Assembly (NCBI GenBank): GCA_905178155.1
Contig: CAJINV010000004.1
Location: 11,271,886 to 11,335,885 of the forward strand
DNA length: 64,000 nt
From: Amoebophrya sp. A120
Taxonomy: Eukaryota; Protista; Dinoflagellata
Direction of reading: 5' to 3'
Shown one piece after another: positions 12,595-24,864 of the stretch (positions are counted from its first letter, which is position 1; each line of letters begins with the position of its first letter). The notes beneath the pieces were generated by a model. It ran no database searches. It was not told where the DNA came from and worked only from the letters and a program-made list of their open reading frames with translations. The position numbers and the translations under genes are program-made.

Positions 12595-13288
12595 GTTTTT
12601 TCGGTTTGTTCATCTCAGGTACAAGCACAAAAGCAAGGAAGTGATCGTCGCACTTCTACGTCTGGCAGAAATGCGGGTCTGTCACTGTCTACTTGTACAT
12701 GTTTACACTACCCACACTACCTCCCCTTTATCCCAACTCTTAGAAGTCTACTCCTTTTTCTACATCCGAGAGCGACTTCTTGTGCCATCGCGTCATATTG
12801 CAAGTAAATCAGCGGAGATAATAAGCGAATCATACGAAGACTTATCGTAATATCACCAGCACTTTAACGACGTTCCAGCAACGATTCTGCGAGTTCCATG
12901 AAAAACCACGAGCGATTTCTTGTTCAGCGATTCCGTTTACGATATAGAATTCGCACTGTCGACGCGATTGCTCCGAAGATAGTACAACCTAAGTGCAAAG
13001 CTACCACTGGCCGGCGCTGGGGCTGGCTTAGGCGTTCTTGCCGAAGAACTTTCAAAATGCAGCATCGTGATCGTCGCATGTTAGCCACAAAAACAATCTG
13101 CCTCAAGCCGGGTACACGAGGACCTCGTGAAGTATCCTTCCATGATCAATCACGACCGAACATGGAAGTGGAAGTTGTAGCACTAGATGTGGATTGGAGT
13201 ACTCAAATCAAAGATGGTCGTGTAGGACAACATGTAGTACAGCGTTTCGCAGTTAGTCCTTGAGTTGGTGTAGGTAGTCAAAGAGCTT

Positions 13289-16200
13289 CTATCGCAGCGC
13301 GAAGCGACGAAGCTCTCCCTTCAACTCAACGACCCGGCTTTTTTCCTCGTTCAGCCGAACCTTCTCGTCCGCGAGCGTTTGCACGAACTTCGATTTTTCC
13401 TTTTGCAGGGAATCCCGGAACCGCCGGTCCGCGTCCTCCAGGAGCTTCAGATACTCCTGTTTTGCCCTCTTCACTTCCACCTCTGCTTGTGACTTCACGC
13501 TGTTGATCTGGACGCCGAGCTCACGCTCGAATTGGAGACCTGTTTTGGTTGCGAGAACGGAAATTTTGGGGTTACTTCTTTTGCAGCATGAAGCTCCACA
13601 TTTCAGTTCGACGGAGACCAAAAGTTCAGGCCGACGTTCCTGGGGGAACAGCAAACCAGTAAAAATCATGCACTACTTACACTCAGATGATAAGGAGCTT
13701 GAACTGTCTTGAGATTTGATCTTTGTCGTAAACAAAAGTGATAAATATGATAATGTGCGGTCAGGAAAAAAAATGGCTTTTGCAGTAAACGAAAAGCAAA
13801 AAAAACCGAATGAGTACGGTCTTGCTCCCGTTTTCGCTGCAGTTCCGTTTCTTTCCGCTTGCTCTGCTCTAGTTGGTACGCCAGATCCGCGGTGTCCTCC
13901 TGGTAGCGCTGCTTCAGTTTTTCGTGCGCTCGGTTCTCCTTCTCCTGTTCCGTTTTCAGCCAGGCGATCGACTTCTGCGCTTCCTCGAAGTAGCCGAACA
14001 GGCTCTGGTTATCCTTGTCCTTGTCCAAAACGAGCTCTCCGACCTTGTTCGCCTCGGCCGCCAGCTCCGTCACGCGCGACTTCAGTTTACCTCACAGAAC
14101 GTGATTTGCAGATTGCAACACGAGTTGTACCTACTATGAGTTTGCAAGGGCAAGTAAAACTCACACGAAAAGTATAATAATTCGCATCATCATCTCTAAA
14201 CTAGAGGATACCGCTGTCCTCGCTACATTTCGCGAGCGCCTTTTCGTACTTTTCCCGTACACCCTGCATCTGGGCTTGGTGTTCCTCGCGCCACTTCTCG
14301 TATTGGAGCCTTAGCTTCTCCGACTGCTTACGCTCATGCGAAAGATTCTCTTCCACAATGCGGCTACGCTCGACGGCCTCCGCGGCGGCCAACTGGAGAC
14401 GATGGAGCTCCTGATAGTAGTGTCAAGATTTTACTTGCAGTTCCTGGTCGTAGGCCACTGTGTTTACTCAATTGCAAACTTTTAAATGCCGCCCGGAAAG
14501 AACTATATAAGAAAGTACCTCTGTTTTCCCTTTCGCCTCCTCCTCCTTCTCCATCAGCATTTCCTTTGCCTTTTCCTCTGTGTTATCCCCTGCAAAACAA
14601 AAGTCTTACAGCGGGTCTTCGCCTACTTCACTTCTGGCTCTGACCAGGAACCAGAACGTCAAAGAAACGCATCGTCACGAGTCATGCCTTGATGCTTCTA
14701 GCTCCTTGAAGCTCTTCAGCGGAATTCTCTATATTCCGGTATGATTCGATGAAAATGATTCACCACAGATGACAGGAGCTGCCTGTAGTTGCAGTACATA
14801 GAAGTCACGCTCAGTTATAGCTTGTATGTAAGGAGAACGAGCGAGGACCGCACGACCCAAGAGCTTGTTTTGCAGAGAGTTGCGTATTCATGCAGCCTGA
14901 AGCGTATCTCCTGCTTGTAGTCTTTTTCCAATCCTTCCAAATTTCCGTATCCTGTGGAAAAACGTCCCCATACCAGAGTCAAGATGGGAAAGTTGCTAGA
15001 CAAATCAACCAGCTTTGTTTGTTTCGCATGACAAGTTTGGCCTCGCAGGGTCATCCTGTTTAGCTACTACAGCAGCATCACAGATCTAGCACGTGATGCT
15101 GTTTCTAGCATCACAAATTCCAAAACGCGAATAGGAGTTGCTTCTCATGGGGCTCCGCATCATCATCATCATCATGTAGTGGACACCCGCTCCCAGCGCC
15201 ACAGGTCAAGGATCCCCTCCCCGGGGGGTGGGCGAGGAAGCACTTTCGGCAACCTCATCATACAAAAGCCGAGCGCTACCACGGCAAGTCGCCCCAAGAA
15301 AAGTACCAACCAGTCGGAAACTTTTTTGGGATGCAGATTTGCATGACAACTCTGAGGTGGGGACGTTTTTACACAGGATATTCCGGCCAGTTGCTTTATC
15401 TTTTCGCTCAGCACCTGCTCGTTCCCCCGCGTCGCCAGCTCCAGGTCCCGCCGGTCCTGCTGCAACTTCCGCACCATCAGATCCTTGCTGGCGCTTATCA
15501 AAATGAAAAATCCCCCCTCCCCATACTGGAGCGGAGATTTGTGTAGCATGATTTGAGACCACAAATCGCGTTGTCATGCTAGAAGGCAAAAGAAGCAAAC
15601 TCTAGTGCTGGGTGGCGTAGGAGAGCCTTGCGTCTTCAGCATGACAGGAGGCCAAGGTAAATGGAAAACAGCATGACAAATGGCCTGCAAAGGAGGGAGC
15701 AGCTGCGTCTCTTGGCCTTCTAGCAAAACTACAAGTCAATTTGTGTACTCAAATACAGCAACACAAATTTCGTTTTCGATATGGGGAGGGGGGATTTTTC
15801 CTTTATTTGATAGCGCTGGTTTCTACCTCCCGCAGCAGCTGCTCCTCGCGGTGGCCCCAGGCGAGCCGAGCCTCCGCGAACAGCTTTTCCATCTGCTTAT
15901 TCTCCTCTTCCAACTGCGACAGTCGCGACTGGAACAGGTCCCGGTCCTTGTACAGATCGATGGCTTCCGCGTCCGCCACCTTCTTGTCGAGCTTCAAGGC
16001 CTCGTTCTCCGCGCGGAACCGCTTCAGATCATCCTGCAACAGCTGCACGTTTCGGGCCATGTCCGTCCCCATCGCGTGCCCCGCTTCGGAAAAGGTCGCC
16101 ACCTTCTCCTCGTAGTTGCGCTGGAGTATCGCGCACGGAAAAAAGCTACTAGCATACTGAAATGTTGCACAAATGAATCGCATATCGTACAACAAAGCAT

Positions 16201-19200
16201 CCTAGTACCGGCTCCAATAATAAATGTGTGCTTTTTCTAATCAAATTTTTTTTTGCAGTAGTACAAACATGATCCGCTAGAAGTAGCTGCTTTCTTCCGC
16301 GTGATAAGGATGTTCTCGATCTCCAACTGGTAATTCTCCTGAAACTTCTTTTTTTGGTCCGCAACCTGTTCCCGCAGCAAGTCACAATTGACCTGCGCGG
16401 TGTGGACGGTGTCCTCGTGCTCGCGATTCTTCTTCTGCAGGGATTCCAACAGACTCTGCTTCTCGACGTTCTCTGACCTGACCTGTTGCAGCTCCTCGTT
16501 CAGCTGCGCGCACGTCGTCTTTGCGTTGCGAATCAGCTCCTCCGCGTCGTTTTTGTACCGCAAACCCTCGTCCATAATTCCCTCGAACTCCAGGCGCTCG
16601 GCGGAAAAAGCTTCGCGCTCCTCGCGTAAGCTGGTCTCCAGCTGCTGAATCTGTGCGGCGGCGGCACCCGCGTCCTTGGCGTGTTTCACCTTTGTGATTG
16701 TCCATCTTGTTTTGATGTTTTGTTCGACGTAGGAGCAGTGAGAGAACAACTCCTCGCTTACGTTTCGTGTTCGACGTTTTCCTCATCGATCTGATCTCGA
16801 CCACGTCAACAACAAAATTACAAAGTTTCATATTTAAGATAAAGTACTTCATGATGCCTGATTTCAAATTCAATACAAGAAAGGCAGCGGTAGTTCATCA
16901 AGTACTAACTTAATACTTTCACTTGATCCACTTCTGCTTGCAGCTGCGCGTGACGCAATTGCCCCGACGCTACCTCGTTCTTCCGGGCCCGCTTCTCCTC
17001 CTGGAGTTCCGTATTGAGCGCTTGCACGCGTTTGCGCAAATCCGCTTCCGTATCCGCGCATTTTGCGAATTTTTTCTTCAGATCCGCCACGGCCTGCCGG
17101 CTGATCTGCAGCAGGATCTCGTGGTAGAAGGACTCAAACTCCGCCCGCGCGTTATTCCGCAAATCGAAGTAGTTCGCCCGCACGTGGCGCAGTTCCGCGT
17201 GGAGGGACTGCAGCAACTTCTTGACCCGCTGCTTGAAGGCCGCGTGCGCGGTCGTCGTGCGGGCGCGCACCTCCTCGAGCCGCGCTTCCAGCCCTCGCAG
17301 CTCCTCCGCGTGGGCCTCGCTCCGTGTTTCCTGCAGCTGTTCGTGCTTCACAACGGTCAGCTGCAGCTCTTTCTCCTTCGCGAGCACCTCGTCGTATCGA
17401 ATGCAAACATGTCTGGGTCTGGAAGAATACGAACTTGTGATGCGCATTTCAGAACACACAAAAATTTCTCATGCATAGGCAGCAACAGTTGCCCACTTTC
17501 TGTCACCAAATTCAGGGATTTGTCATGCGGATTCGGCATTGCGAAGGCTTCTCGAAACCTGTGACGCTAGAGCTTCCATGCCAGACCTTCTGTGTCATGC
17601 AAAAACAGCATGACTCTCTCTTCCAGACCCAGACATATTTGCATTTGATACGTCGGTCAGAAGCGCGATCTGCTTCTCCTGGGTCTCAAACTGTGCGTGC
17701 AGCTGTCGGTTGGAATCCTGCGTGGTCACCAGGTTTTGGAGCACGTTTTCGTTTATCCAATGCAAAAATGTCTGGGTCTGGAAGAGTCACACTGTTTTTG
17801 CATGACGCAAAAGGTCTGGCATGGAAGCTCTAGCATCACAGGTTTCGAGAAGCTTCCGCAATGCCGAATCCGCATGACAAATCCCCCATTTCGGTGACAG
17901 AAAGTGTGCAACTTTTGCTGCCTGCTATGCATGAGAGATTTTTCTGTGTTCTGAAATGCGCATCACAAGTTTGTATTTTTCCAGACCCAGACATTTTTGC
18001 ATTTGATATCGTTCGTCTGTTGCTGGTGCGCCAGCTCGTTCTGCAGCTGTGCCACCCGACGCTGCGCGTCCGCGAGCGAAGACTCCGTGAGCTGGCGGTC
18101 GTGCTCTCTGGCTGCGGCGTCCGCGCGCTCCGACACAGCGGAAAGCGGTTGGATGTTGCCTGTTGTACTGTAATTTTGCTTGTCCTTGTTTTCGACATTT
18201 CGTACGCCGCTCCGTGCCTCGCGAGCAGGTCCTCGCGTTGATTCCGGAATTCCCTTCGCCGACCGTGGCATCTTCCCCTCGGCCGCGAGGTTAGTAGTTG
18301 TAGTACTTCCAGTTTGCACGCCCAATCGCAAATCCGCTTGGCGGAGGAAGCGTCGCGCTGGCGAGCTTATTGTTTCGCCCTCTGCGGAAGAGTAAACGAA
18401 AACCCCCTGTTGATGCGGGTGCACGCCCGGTGGAAAAGAACCACGCACCCGGGCGCCGCCTTGCTGCTCAAAGCTCGCCGCAGCAGAAGATACCCCGACG
18501 TCAACTGGCTGGACAACTTCTACACCCGCCGGAATGTTGTTTCTTGCACCGCCGGCATTCGTTGCGTCGACGGCAATATTAGAAGTCCCAGCTTCTACTT
18601 CTGTTTTATCAATACTAGTTCCACCACCCCCTGCTGCTCTGTAGCTCTTTTGCTGGCTCTCTTCCCGCCAGCGCTCAAAATCCGCGCGCGTTCGCTCCTC
18701 GATGGACGAAGATGTTGTATTTGCCGCTACGCTTCGTTGATGTTCTCCTATTCCGGCTCCGGGCGAAGCCGAATTAGAGGACGAGCGACCGACAACTACA
18801 CCGTTACCTTTCGCTTTCACCATCGTTTCCAGCAAAGCTTGCTGTCTCGGACCGGGTGAAATAGCACTTTCGTAACTCGCCGAACCGGATTTTTCTTCTC
18901 CGGGAGACCCAAAGAATTCGTTGTCTTCGGCGAGGGCGTGTTCGACCACGGGCAGAATTTTTTCACTACTTCCAGGCGGGTGTTGGTTCAAAACATCTGC
19001 ACCAGCATCTCCCTGTAGAAGTTCTGGTTGCCGTAGCGGTGACACTACCACGTTCAGATTGCTACTGCGAGAAGTAGTTCTTGCACTCTGCCCAGGCAAG
19101 GAAATCCCGGCAGCCTGCTGGTGCGAGGTCGAAGAGCCCGCGTCACCGGAGAATGCGGCATCTTCGCCCACGATCTGCTTCAGGTATTCGTCGATCTCCC

Positions 19201-19564
19201 TTTGGTATACCGCGTTCTGCTCCGCCAGCGACGGCTTCGATTTTGCAGCTGGGTCGTCGTTCTTTCCCGTATTTCCACCTACTGCAGCATTGATTTTATT
19301 GCCGCTCGTCGACGTTTGGGGGGCACGCACTGCAGTCGTCGTTGAAGTAGTGGCAGTTGCAAAACACGTGCTGGGCCCGCTTTGCCCGGTGCCCACCAGA
19401 ACTCCTGCGGGATGCAGGGTCGCGGTGGAGTTGTGCTGGTGGACACGAGTTCCTTCTGGGGCGATCGATGTTCCTTGTTCACCTTCGCCAAGGGGATCGC
19501 GTGGAATAAATGGGTCCGCCATAATATCGACTTTTTTATTCCGGGCCTTTTGCTTTTCACTCAC
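13289..19564 (-). CDS. Long coiled-coil protein with a disordered N-terminus; more than 10 exons, mixing canonical introns and introners
   Basis: Successive E/K/Q/L-rich heptad ORF segments join in frame across six TIR elements and several GT-AG introns (e.g. about 13539-13816). Confidence 0.8.
14948..15380. mobile_element. Introner family C (433 bp)
   Basis: TIR tatcctgtggaaaaacgtcccca / tggggacgtttttacacaggata; perfect TSD ttccg; removal gives KQLAGNLEGLEKD. Confidence 0.92.
15496..15812. mobile_element. Introner family B (317 bp)
   Basis: TIR tatcaaaatgaaaaatccccc..cccata / tatggggagg..gatttttcctttatttgata; perfect TSD gcgct; removal gives EVETSASKDLMV. Confidence 0.92.
16127..16306. mobile_element. 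Introner family D, partly decayed (180 bp)
   Basis: tatcgcgcacggaaaaaagctac / gtagctgctttcttccgcgtgata; flanks tggag/aggat; removal gives EIEN(IL/LQ)RNYEEK. Confidence 0.75.
16831..16915. mobile_element. Very short decayed introner (85 bp)
   Basis: tatttaagataaagtactt / aagtactaacttaata; flanks gtttca/ctttca; removal joins DQVK to LCNFVV. Confidence 0.5.
17395..17650. mobile_element. Introner family A (256 bp)
   Basis: TIR tatc.aatgcaaa.atgtctgggtctggaaga; perfect TSD cgtcg; removal gives IALLTDEVLAKEKE. Confidence 0.95.
17754..18008. mobile_element. Introner family A (255 bp), inverted sibling of 17395-17650
   Basis: Same TIR; perfect TSD tcgtt; removal gives QQQTNENVLQNLV. Interior matches the reverse complement of the neighbouring copy. 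Confidence 0.95.
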
Positions 19565-20661
19565 TGGAGGAATCAGGTCGTTATCATTTCCGAATGAGTT
19601 TATCTATAAAGTTTAACCCTACTCCGAATCCGATGTAATAGAAGCAAACGAATTAAGTGGTTTGCAGCAATTAAAACTTGTGCCACCTTCAACCCCCGAG
19701 CTGCTAAGTGGTTTGGACTCAGCTAAGATGCGCCACGAGACCACCAGGTGTAACAGAGACGCAGATGGTCGTTTAGTCTTTGCCTCAAACAAAATCTTCT
19801 CACAAGCATGATCGGAAGAAGACGATTTATCTTCACAATCACAAACATTGCTTTTCTTCTTCTCTTACTAGCATAACTCCCTGTAGAAGTTGTATGCGAC
19901 ATTCTGCCTTTTTGCGCAGCTCCAGAAAAAATGCGATGATACGACTGAGGAGGGCAACACCCGCTGGCCGACCATCAGCTCGCAGCAGCAGAGCAGACGC
20001 AGATCTCTTCCAGCATGGTAAAGCCATACCGTCCTTCGTCCTCCTTGAAATCCAATAGACACGACACGGGACGAAAAACTGATGGACTGTGCCAAGGGGA
20101 CCAGATCATGTGCGCAGGGATGGGCCGTCGACAGTGCTCGTCATTGAGCGAACAGTTCGTTGACAATGCTCCGTCGGAGAACAAACAACGACCTCATTTT
20201 GGTCTTTCCTCGCTCGCCTCATCAACACAGCATTGTTTTTTTTGTCTATAGTTCGAGTACTTACATAGTAAAATGATTTGCAATGCAAAATCCAAACGAA
20301 GTACCTACTAGTTTCAGTAGCGCAACGTAGCTGGGGGAAACAGAAACTGCGTTAGAGTCAGTGTGTACTAACGTGCTTTTGGGGATCTAAAGGGGAGTTG
20401 GTTTTTCCTCTTCGTAGTTTGATCGAAAGCTGATAAATATATCATCGGCAAGGGAAAATTAATTGGGGCTACAGGTAGGTGACAAAAATAGCGTGAATTT
20501 CTAAAATGGTTAACGAGAAAGTTCTGAATCTGATGGGAAAAAAAAAAATATTTCTAGTACAACACCAGTAGAAGTATCAAAATACGTACTATATGCGTGA
20601 TAAGAACGAGTAATATCAAACAGAAACAGCTTAGTCAGCAAATGCAGATAGGTCATCGTTC

Positions 20662-23469
20662 TCAGACCACTACTCTCGTCGAATCGCCGGCACCGTCTAC
20701 TTGTTCCGGAAGGTTTTCATTCTCCAGCACCTCTCGCATTTTCTTGGCACTTCGCTCGTCAAGCGCGGCGTCCTTCGCTTTTGTTGATGAAGCTGCGACC
20801 ACGCCACGACCCCGTTCCGGCGCATGAAGAGTACCATCCGTGTACAGCGAGATGTTGACTTCATCCGTCGACAAGAACCGGGCTTCTGGCCGTGCGGAAT
20901 CTTCTGAAGGTTCGTCTGATGTACCGGATTTCAACATCCGCGTTGAAGATTTGTTCATCTCCAGAAAAGATTGGATTTCCTCCTCCGGTGGGATGGGCAC
21001 CGTGGCCCACCACCAGTGCAGCGACTCCCCCAGAGGCTCGGCTGTCCGGCGGTACTCGCGCAGGTCCCCGTGCACCACCGGGGGTCTCTCACCGATGGCG
21101 CTAGTACCATCCAGCGGTCTGGCGACTTCTGCGTTCTCGCCGCTGCAGCACGAAGAAGACGCGTTTTCGTCTCCCTCCTGCTCAGGGACAAGCACGGTGT
21201 GGTCGTCGGTGCTGTTGAACGCCACTACTTCTTCCCCTTGCTCCTCCTTATGCGACGTTGGGACACTGGGGGGCGGACCTTCCTGCTGTCGCAACGACGG
21301 GAGCATGGGGTTGAAGGACTGCAGAGGGGTGTTGTGATCCCCGATGGGCGTGCAGGTGTAGTCGGATTCAGGGCCCTGCGGGTTGCAGGACAGGAGGCAC
21401 CGCCCCCCCTCTTGTTCGTTCTTTTCGAAGCACTTTCGGTTATCGTCGCAGCACGGGTAGGCCGTCACCTCTGCCTTGATTTTGCAGTCCTCCACATTCG
21501 TGGCGCAGCTGTGAATCATGGGCGTGGTTGTTGTGGGATCGCCTTGCCCGGGGTCTGCAGTTGTGCTGGAGCTGGGCACTGGGGCTGGTGTTGTGCTGGG
21601 TGGGGTCGGAGTTGTGCTGGAGCTGGGCACTGGGGCCGGTGTTGTGCTGGGTGGGGTCGGAGTTGTGCTGGGCACGGGGGCGGGCTGCGGTTGGGGCTGC
21701 GGTTGTGGCTGCGGTTGTGGCTGAGGTTGGGGGTGCGGCGGCCAAAACCAGAGGTTCTGGTTACAGTGCCAGTCCGAGTAATGGCAGCTGACGAGGCAAC
21801 TCGCCCAGCCGTCCTTTTTCGCGTAGCACTTGCGGTCCCCATCGCAACAGTTGCGGGCTTGGTAGTTATAACCACATCGCTCATGACCTAACCGGCATTC
21901 GCCCCAGTGGTTCCAGCCTCCGCGTAGGGTGGCGAATGTAAGTGCCTTCACCTCGGAGGTTTCTGAATGCAGCGACTCCGATGCTGTTGAAGCGAAGGAG
22001 GTTTGCTGTGTGTCCTGGACTCCTTCTCGAGCAGGGGATGTAGTAACCAAAGTTCTTTGCTCCTCCTGCTCCGCCGCGTTGATGTCCTGAGCTGCAAGAA
22101 AGATGCTGCTAGAAGTGGGAAGCGGTAGGGTTGCGTTGGCGAAGTCCAACATGCTGCTCGATTTGTCTTCGGTATTAACCGCTCGGTCGTCATGTCCTCT
22201 AGTACTAGTGCTGAGCGAGCTGGCTGCTCCCTGCGTTGATCTCCTGCCCTTTGTTTCTAAAAGGAGCAGCTGCTTATCTCCTCCACTGACTTCCGTTTTT
22301 GCCCCTTTCTTCTCAACCTTGTCCCATGCTAGATGGTTATCAATGCCGTGTAGCACAGAAGGTTGTTCCTCCTCCTGCAGCAAAGTGCCACGCGACCCCG
22401 CTTTAGGCATTGTTCTTCCTGTCTCCAAAAAGGAGTGACCCGCGGTGTTCGTCCCGCTTGATCCAGTATCTTGTTCGGGCGACACTGGCAAAGCAGTGTC
22501 GGCGAGCGGCCGGGCGGCGACCCTTTTCTCGATATCGCTGCAGCACCCACCAGGCTGTTCGCCGTCCCCGCCGCCTCCGACCTCTCCTGGGATCGGCGGG
22601 GGCTGAGCCGAGCCGGTGCCGGAGCCATCCCCGCCCTCTTGAGAGCCGTCCTCGTGGTGCTGTTCTTGTCCTCCCGTATTGTCGGAGCCGCCCGACCTGC
22701 CAAGACCAGCCACCTGCATTTTTTCTGGATCACCTCCGCCACTGAATTCAGGCTGCTCAGTCGTCGGTGGCGCCGTGCTCGTCTGCGAGTTGCTCGGCGG
22801 GACGGTGTTCGACGAGAGCGGGGCAGCACATTCAAATTTGCTGCTGTCGCACACCCCCTGCTCTCCCGCCACGCCCGAATCTGGCCGAATCAGGCACCAG
22901 GCGGTGTTTGAAAGCTTGTCCGGATAGCACGCCCGATCCGCGTCGCAGCAGTTCGGAGTGTCCGCGCAGCTGTGCCCCCAGCCACTGCAGGGGTTCCCGT
23001 GCGCGTCGGTCCCGGCCTCCGCGCCTTTTTTGCCTCTCGAACGACTTGCGGAGGTCAGGCTCGAAAGATGTTGTTCTGCTGCAGTGGTGGCTCGACGTCC
23101 TGTTGCTGCTGTTGCGTGAGCAGTTCCCCGTCTTTGAGCGTTAGTAGTAGTCTCTCGCCGTCCACGCCGTTCCAGAACTCCTGCTTTATTCTCGATCTGC
23201 AAGGAAGAACTCGCCGCGGGTTCTTGTGGCTCTGGCGCTCTGGCTTTGTTTCTCGCTGGGGGAACAGCTTGTTTGGTCAGACGCAAACTTGTAGCTGCGC
23301 CACTGCTAGCATTGTTGGTCCTAGTCTTCACTGGTGGTGCGGTTGTACTTCTGCCCGGAGTTACACTGATCGGCCCGGAGAGAAACGCCATTAGCGCTAG
23401 GGCGCCTGTTCGTCCTGACGATGAAAGCGGTGGCTGTTGCGCCGTTGATGTCATCAACATGGTGAACAT
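20662..23469 (-). CDS. Intronless protein with three Cys-rich CBM1-like modules (CCDxxRxC[YF]xK...CL..C) and PQ / PSTT mucin-like linkers; possibly secreted
   Basis: 935-aa ORF. Modules NCCDADRACYPDKLSNTAWCL, NCCDGDRKCYAKKDGWASCLVSC and PCCDDNRKCFEKNEQEGGRCLLSC. Short hydrophobic stretch near the N-terminus. Confidence 0.7.
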   Translation of the reverse strand: MFTMLMTSTAQQPPLSSSGRTGALALMAFLSGPISVTPGRSTTAPPVKTRTNNASSGAATSLRLTKQAVPPARNKARAPEPQEPAASSSLQIENKAGVLERRGRRETTTNAQRRGTAHATAATGRRATTAAEQHLSSLTSASRSRGKKGAEAGTDAHGNPCSGWGHSCADTPNCCDADRACYPDKLSNTAWCLIRPDSGVAGEQGVCDSSKFECAAPLSSNTVPPSNSQTSTAPPTTEQPEFSGGGDPEKMQVAGLGRSGGSDNTGGQEQHHEDGSQEGGDGSGTGSAQPPPIPGEVGGGGDGEQPGGCCSDIEKRVAARPLADTALPVSPEQDTGSSGTNTAGHSFLETGRTMPKAGSRGTLLQEEEQPSVLHGIDNHLAWDKVEKKGAKTEVSGGDKQLLLLETKGRRSTQGAASSLSTSTRGHDDRAVNTEDKSSSMLDFANATLPLPTSSSIFLAAQDINAAEQEEQRTLVTTSPAREGVQDTQQTSFASTASESLHSETSEVKALTFATLRGGWNHWGECRLGHERCGYNYQARNCCDGDRKCYAKKDGWASCLVSCHYSDWHCNQNLWFWPPHPQPQPQPQPQPQPQPQPAPVPSTTPTPPSTTPAPVPSSSTTPTPPSTTPAPVPSSSTTADPGQGDPTTTTPMIHSCATNVEDCKIKAEVTAYPCCDDNRKCFEKNEQEGGRCLLSCNPQGPESDYTCTPIGDHNTPLQSFNPMLPSLRQQEGPPPSVPTSHKEEQGEEVVAFNSTDDHTVLVPEQEGDENASSSCCSGENAEVARPLDGTSAIGERPPVVHGDLREYRRTAEPLGESLHWWWATVPIPPEEEIQSFLEMNKSSTRMLKSGTSDEPSEDSARPEARFLSTDEVNISLYTDGTLHAPERGRGVVAASSTKAKDAALDERSAKKMREVLENENLPEQVDGAGDSTRVVV
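21560..21735 (-). repeat. Coding tandem repeats: 57-bp unit x2 (STTPTPPSTTPAPVPSS) plus (PQ)n
   Basis: Directly visible. Confidence 0.85.
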
Positions 23470-24623
23470 TGTCTTATATCGTGAAACCGAATAGAGAACG
23501 CGGGTGCGGGTTGTACTATGATGTAAGAGTAAAAGAACCCTGCTTGATGTCAGTCGTGGAGGATACGGTTGCAGCTAGGGAAGAAACATTTTTCCCTAGA
23601 AGGGCAGACAAATTTATGGGGGGAAAGGGGAGGCTATCTGTTTTGCTTTGTTTTTGTTGCGACGTTGGACTCAAATGAATGTACAGCCAGGAGGATCAAG
23701 TTCAAACGGACGAAGCAACGTGTGCAACATTACGTACGAAACGAGTTTTACGAAAACGGGAAGTAGCGGTCTGTACGAAACGGGTTACGAAAATGGACGC
23801 GACAGGGAGCGCTGCAACGAGAGAAAAAGCAGAGCGACAACGAGTTGACACATGTCCACACGATAATTGTGGTGTCATCAATGTCCTCTTACAGCCTTCC
23901 AGAATTATCTGACAGACGACACCCAATGATAACGATTCTGATTTAAATCAGTCCGCACAAATGTTGTGCGACGCACTTGCGCCGGATATGAAAACCGTCA
24001 AAGCCCCGCGGAAGTTTGGTTTCGGTTTAGATAGAAAAAGATGTAAAGGCTCGGTGAAGAACACGGAGCTGCGCGGACATCACATATATTTCCACTACAT
24101 CCACCTCCGGGAAAATAATCAAGCATGATTGGGTTCTTGTTCAGTCAAAAGCTGCAAAAGCGCGCCATGTGACAAAGAAGAGCTCAGATTTGTTGATTTC
24201 TCGTGTGACATCCGCCGTATAGCTTGAAGCTCAATTTCGAACCTCCACGCCAACGTGGCACAATCACATGCTTTTATGTTCAGTTCAGCCAGTTTTTACA
24301 CAGCCCTTGCATCTCCGTATCTATAATTACTTCGAATTCCTCATGCTAAAAATATTGATTTCGATTTCGGTTTGAGTATTTCAAAATGCCATAAAAACCT
24401 CGTTTCTTTAAAAAAGTTTCCTTCAAGTCGTCTACTAGCTACGATGGCCGTGGTCGTGGGAGGTGTAGCTGCCAACATGTTCTTGCCATCATGAACTTTG
24501 CTTTTACATTTTGTGTAAATGATGTTCTTCTTGGTCCCTCTTGATCGCTGCAAGTGAATTAGCCACGCCCCCTTTATTTGCAACTACCTGTTCATCGTGG
24601 TGCTCGGAGTGCTCCTCGTGGTC

Positions 24624-24864
24624 TATGGCGCTCTCAAACGTTACATCCTCAACATGACTTGTCATGTGAAGTCACTATCTGGCATCACACTGCACACGGT
24701 CAGGCTTCTTCGCATGACAAGTTCCCGACGCGCTCAATAGCATTAAAATCCGCCCCAATTTTCTGTCATGCAAGACGCGCATCAAGGTCGCCCATTTCAC
24801 TTTGGCGCTTCTTGCGTCACAAATTCATGAAACAGTTGAAAAAGTAACGTTTGAGAACGCCATA
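24624..24864. mobile_element. Introner/MITE family F (241 bp)
   Basis: TIR tatggcgctctcaaacgttac / gtaacgtttgagaacgccata; perfect TSD tggtc. Related to 55530-55781. Confidence 0.92.

Noticed and set aside
17395-17650. Tc1/mariner-type TA target duplication
   Set aside because: Removing the element plus one TA breaks the frame. TA belongs to the TIR, and the true duplication is the flanking 5 bp.
19780-20290. Small gene between the coiled-coil and CBM-like genes
   Set aside because: Overlapping short ORFs with no recognisable motif or coherent frame.
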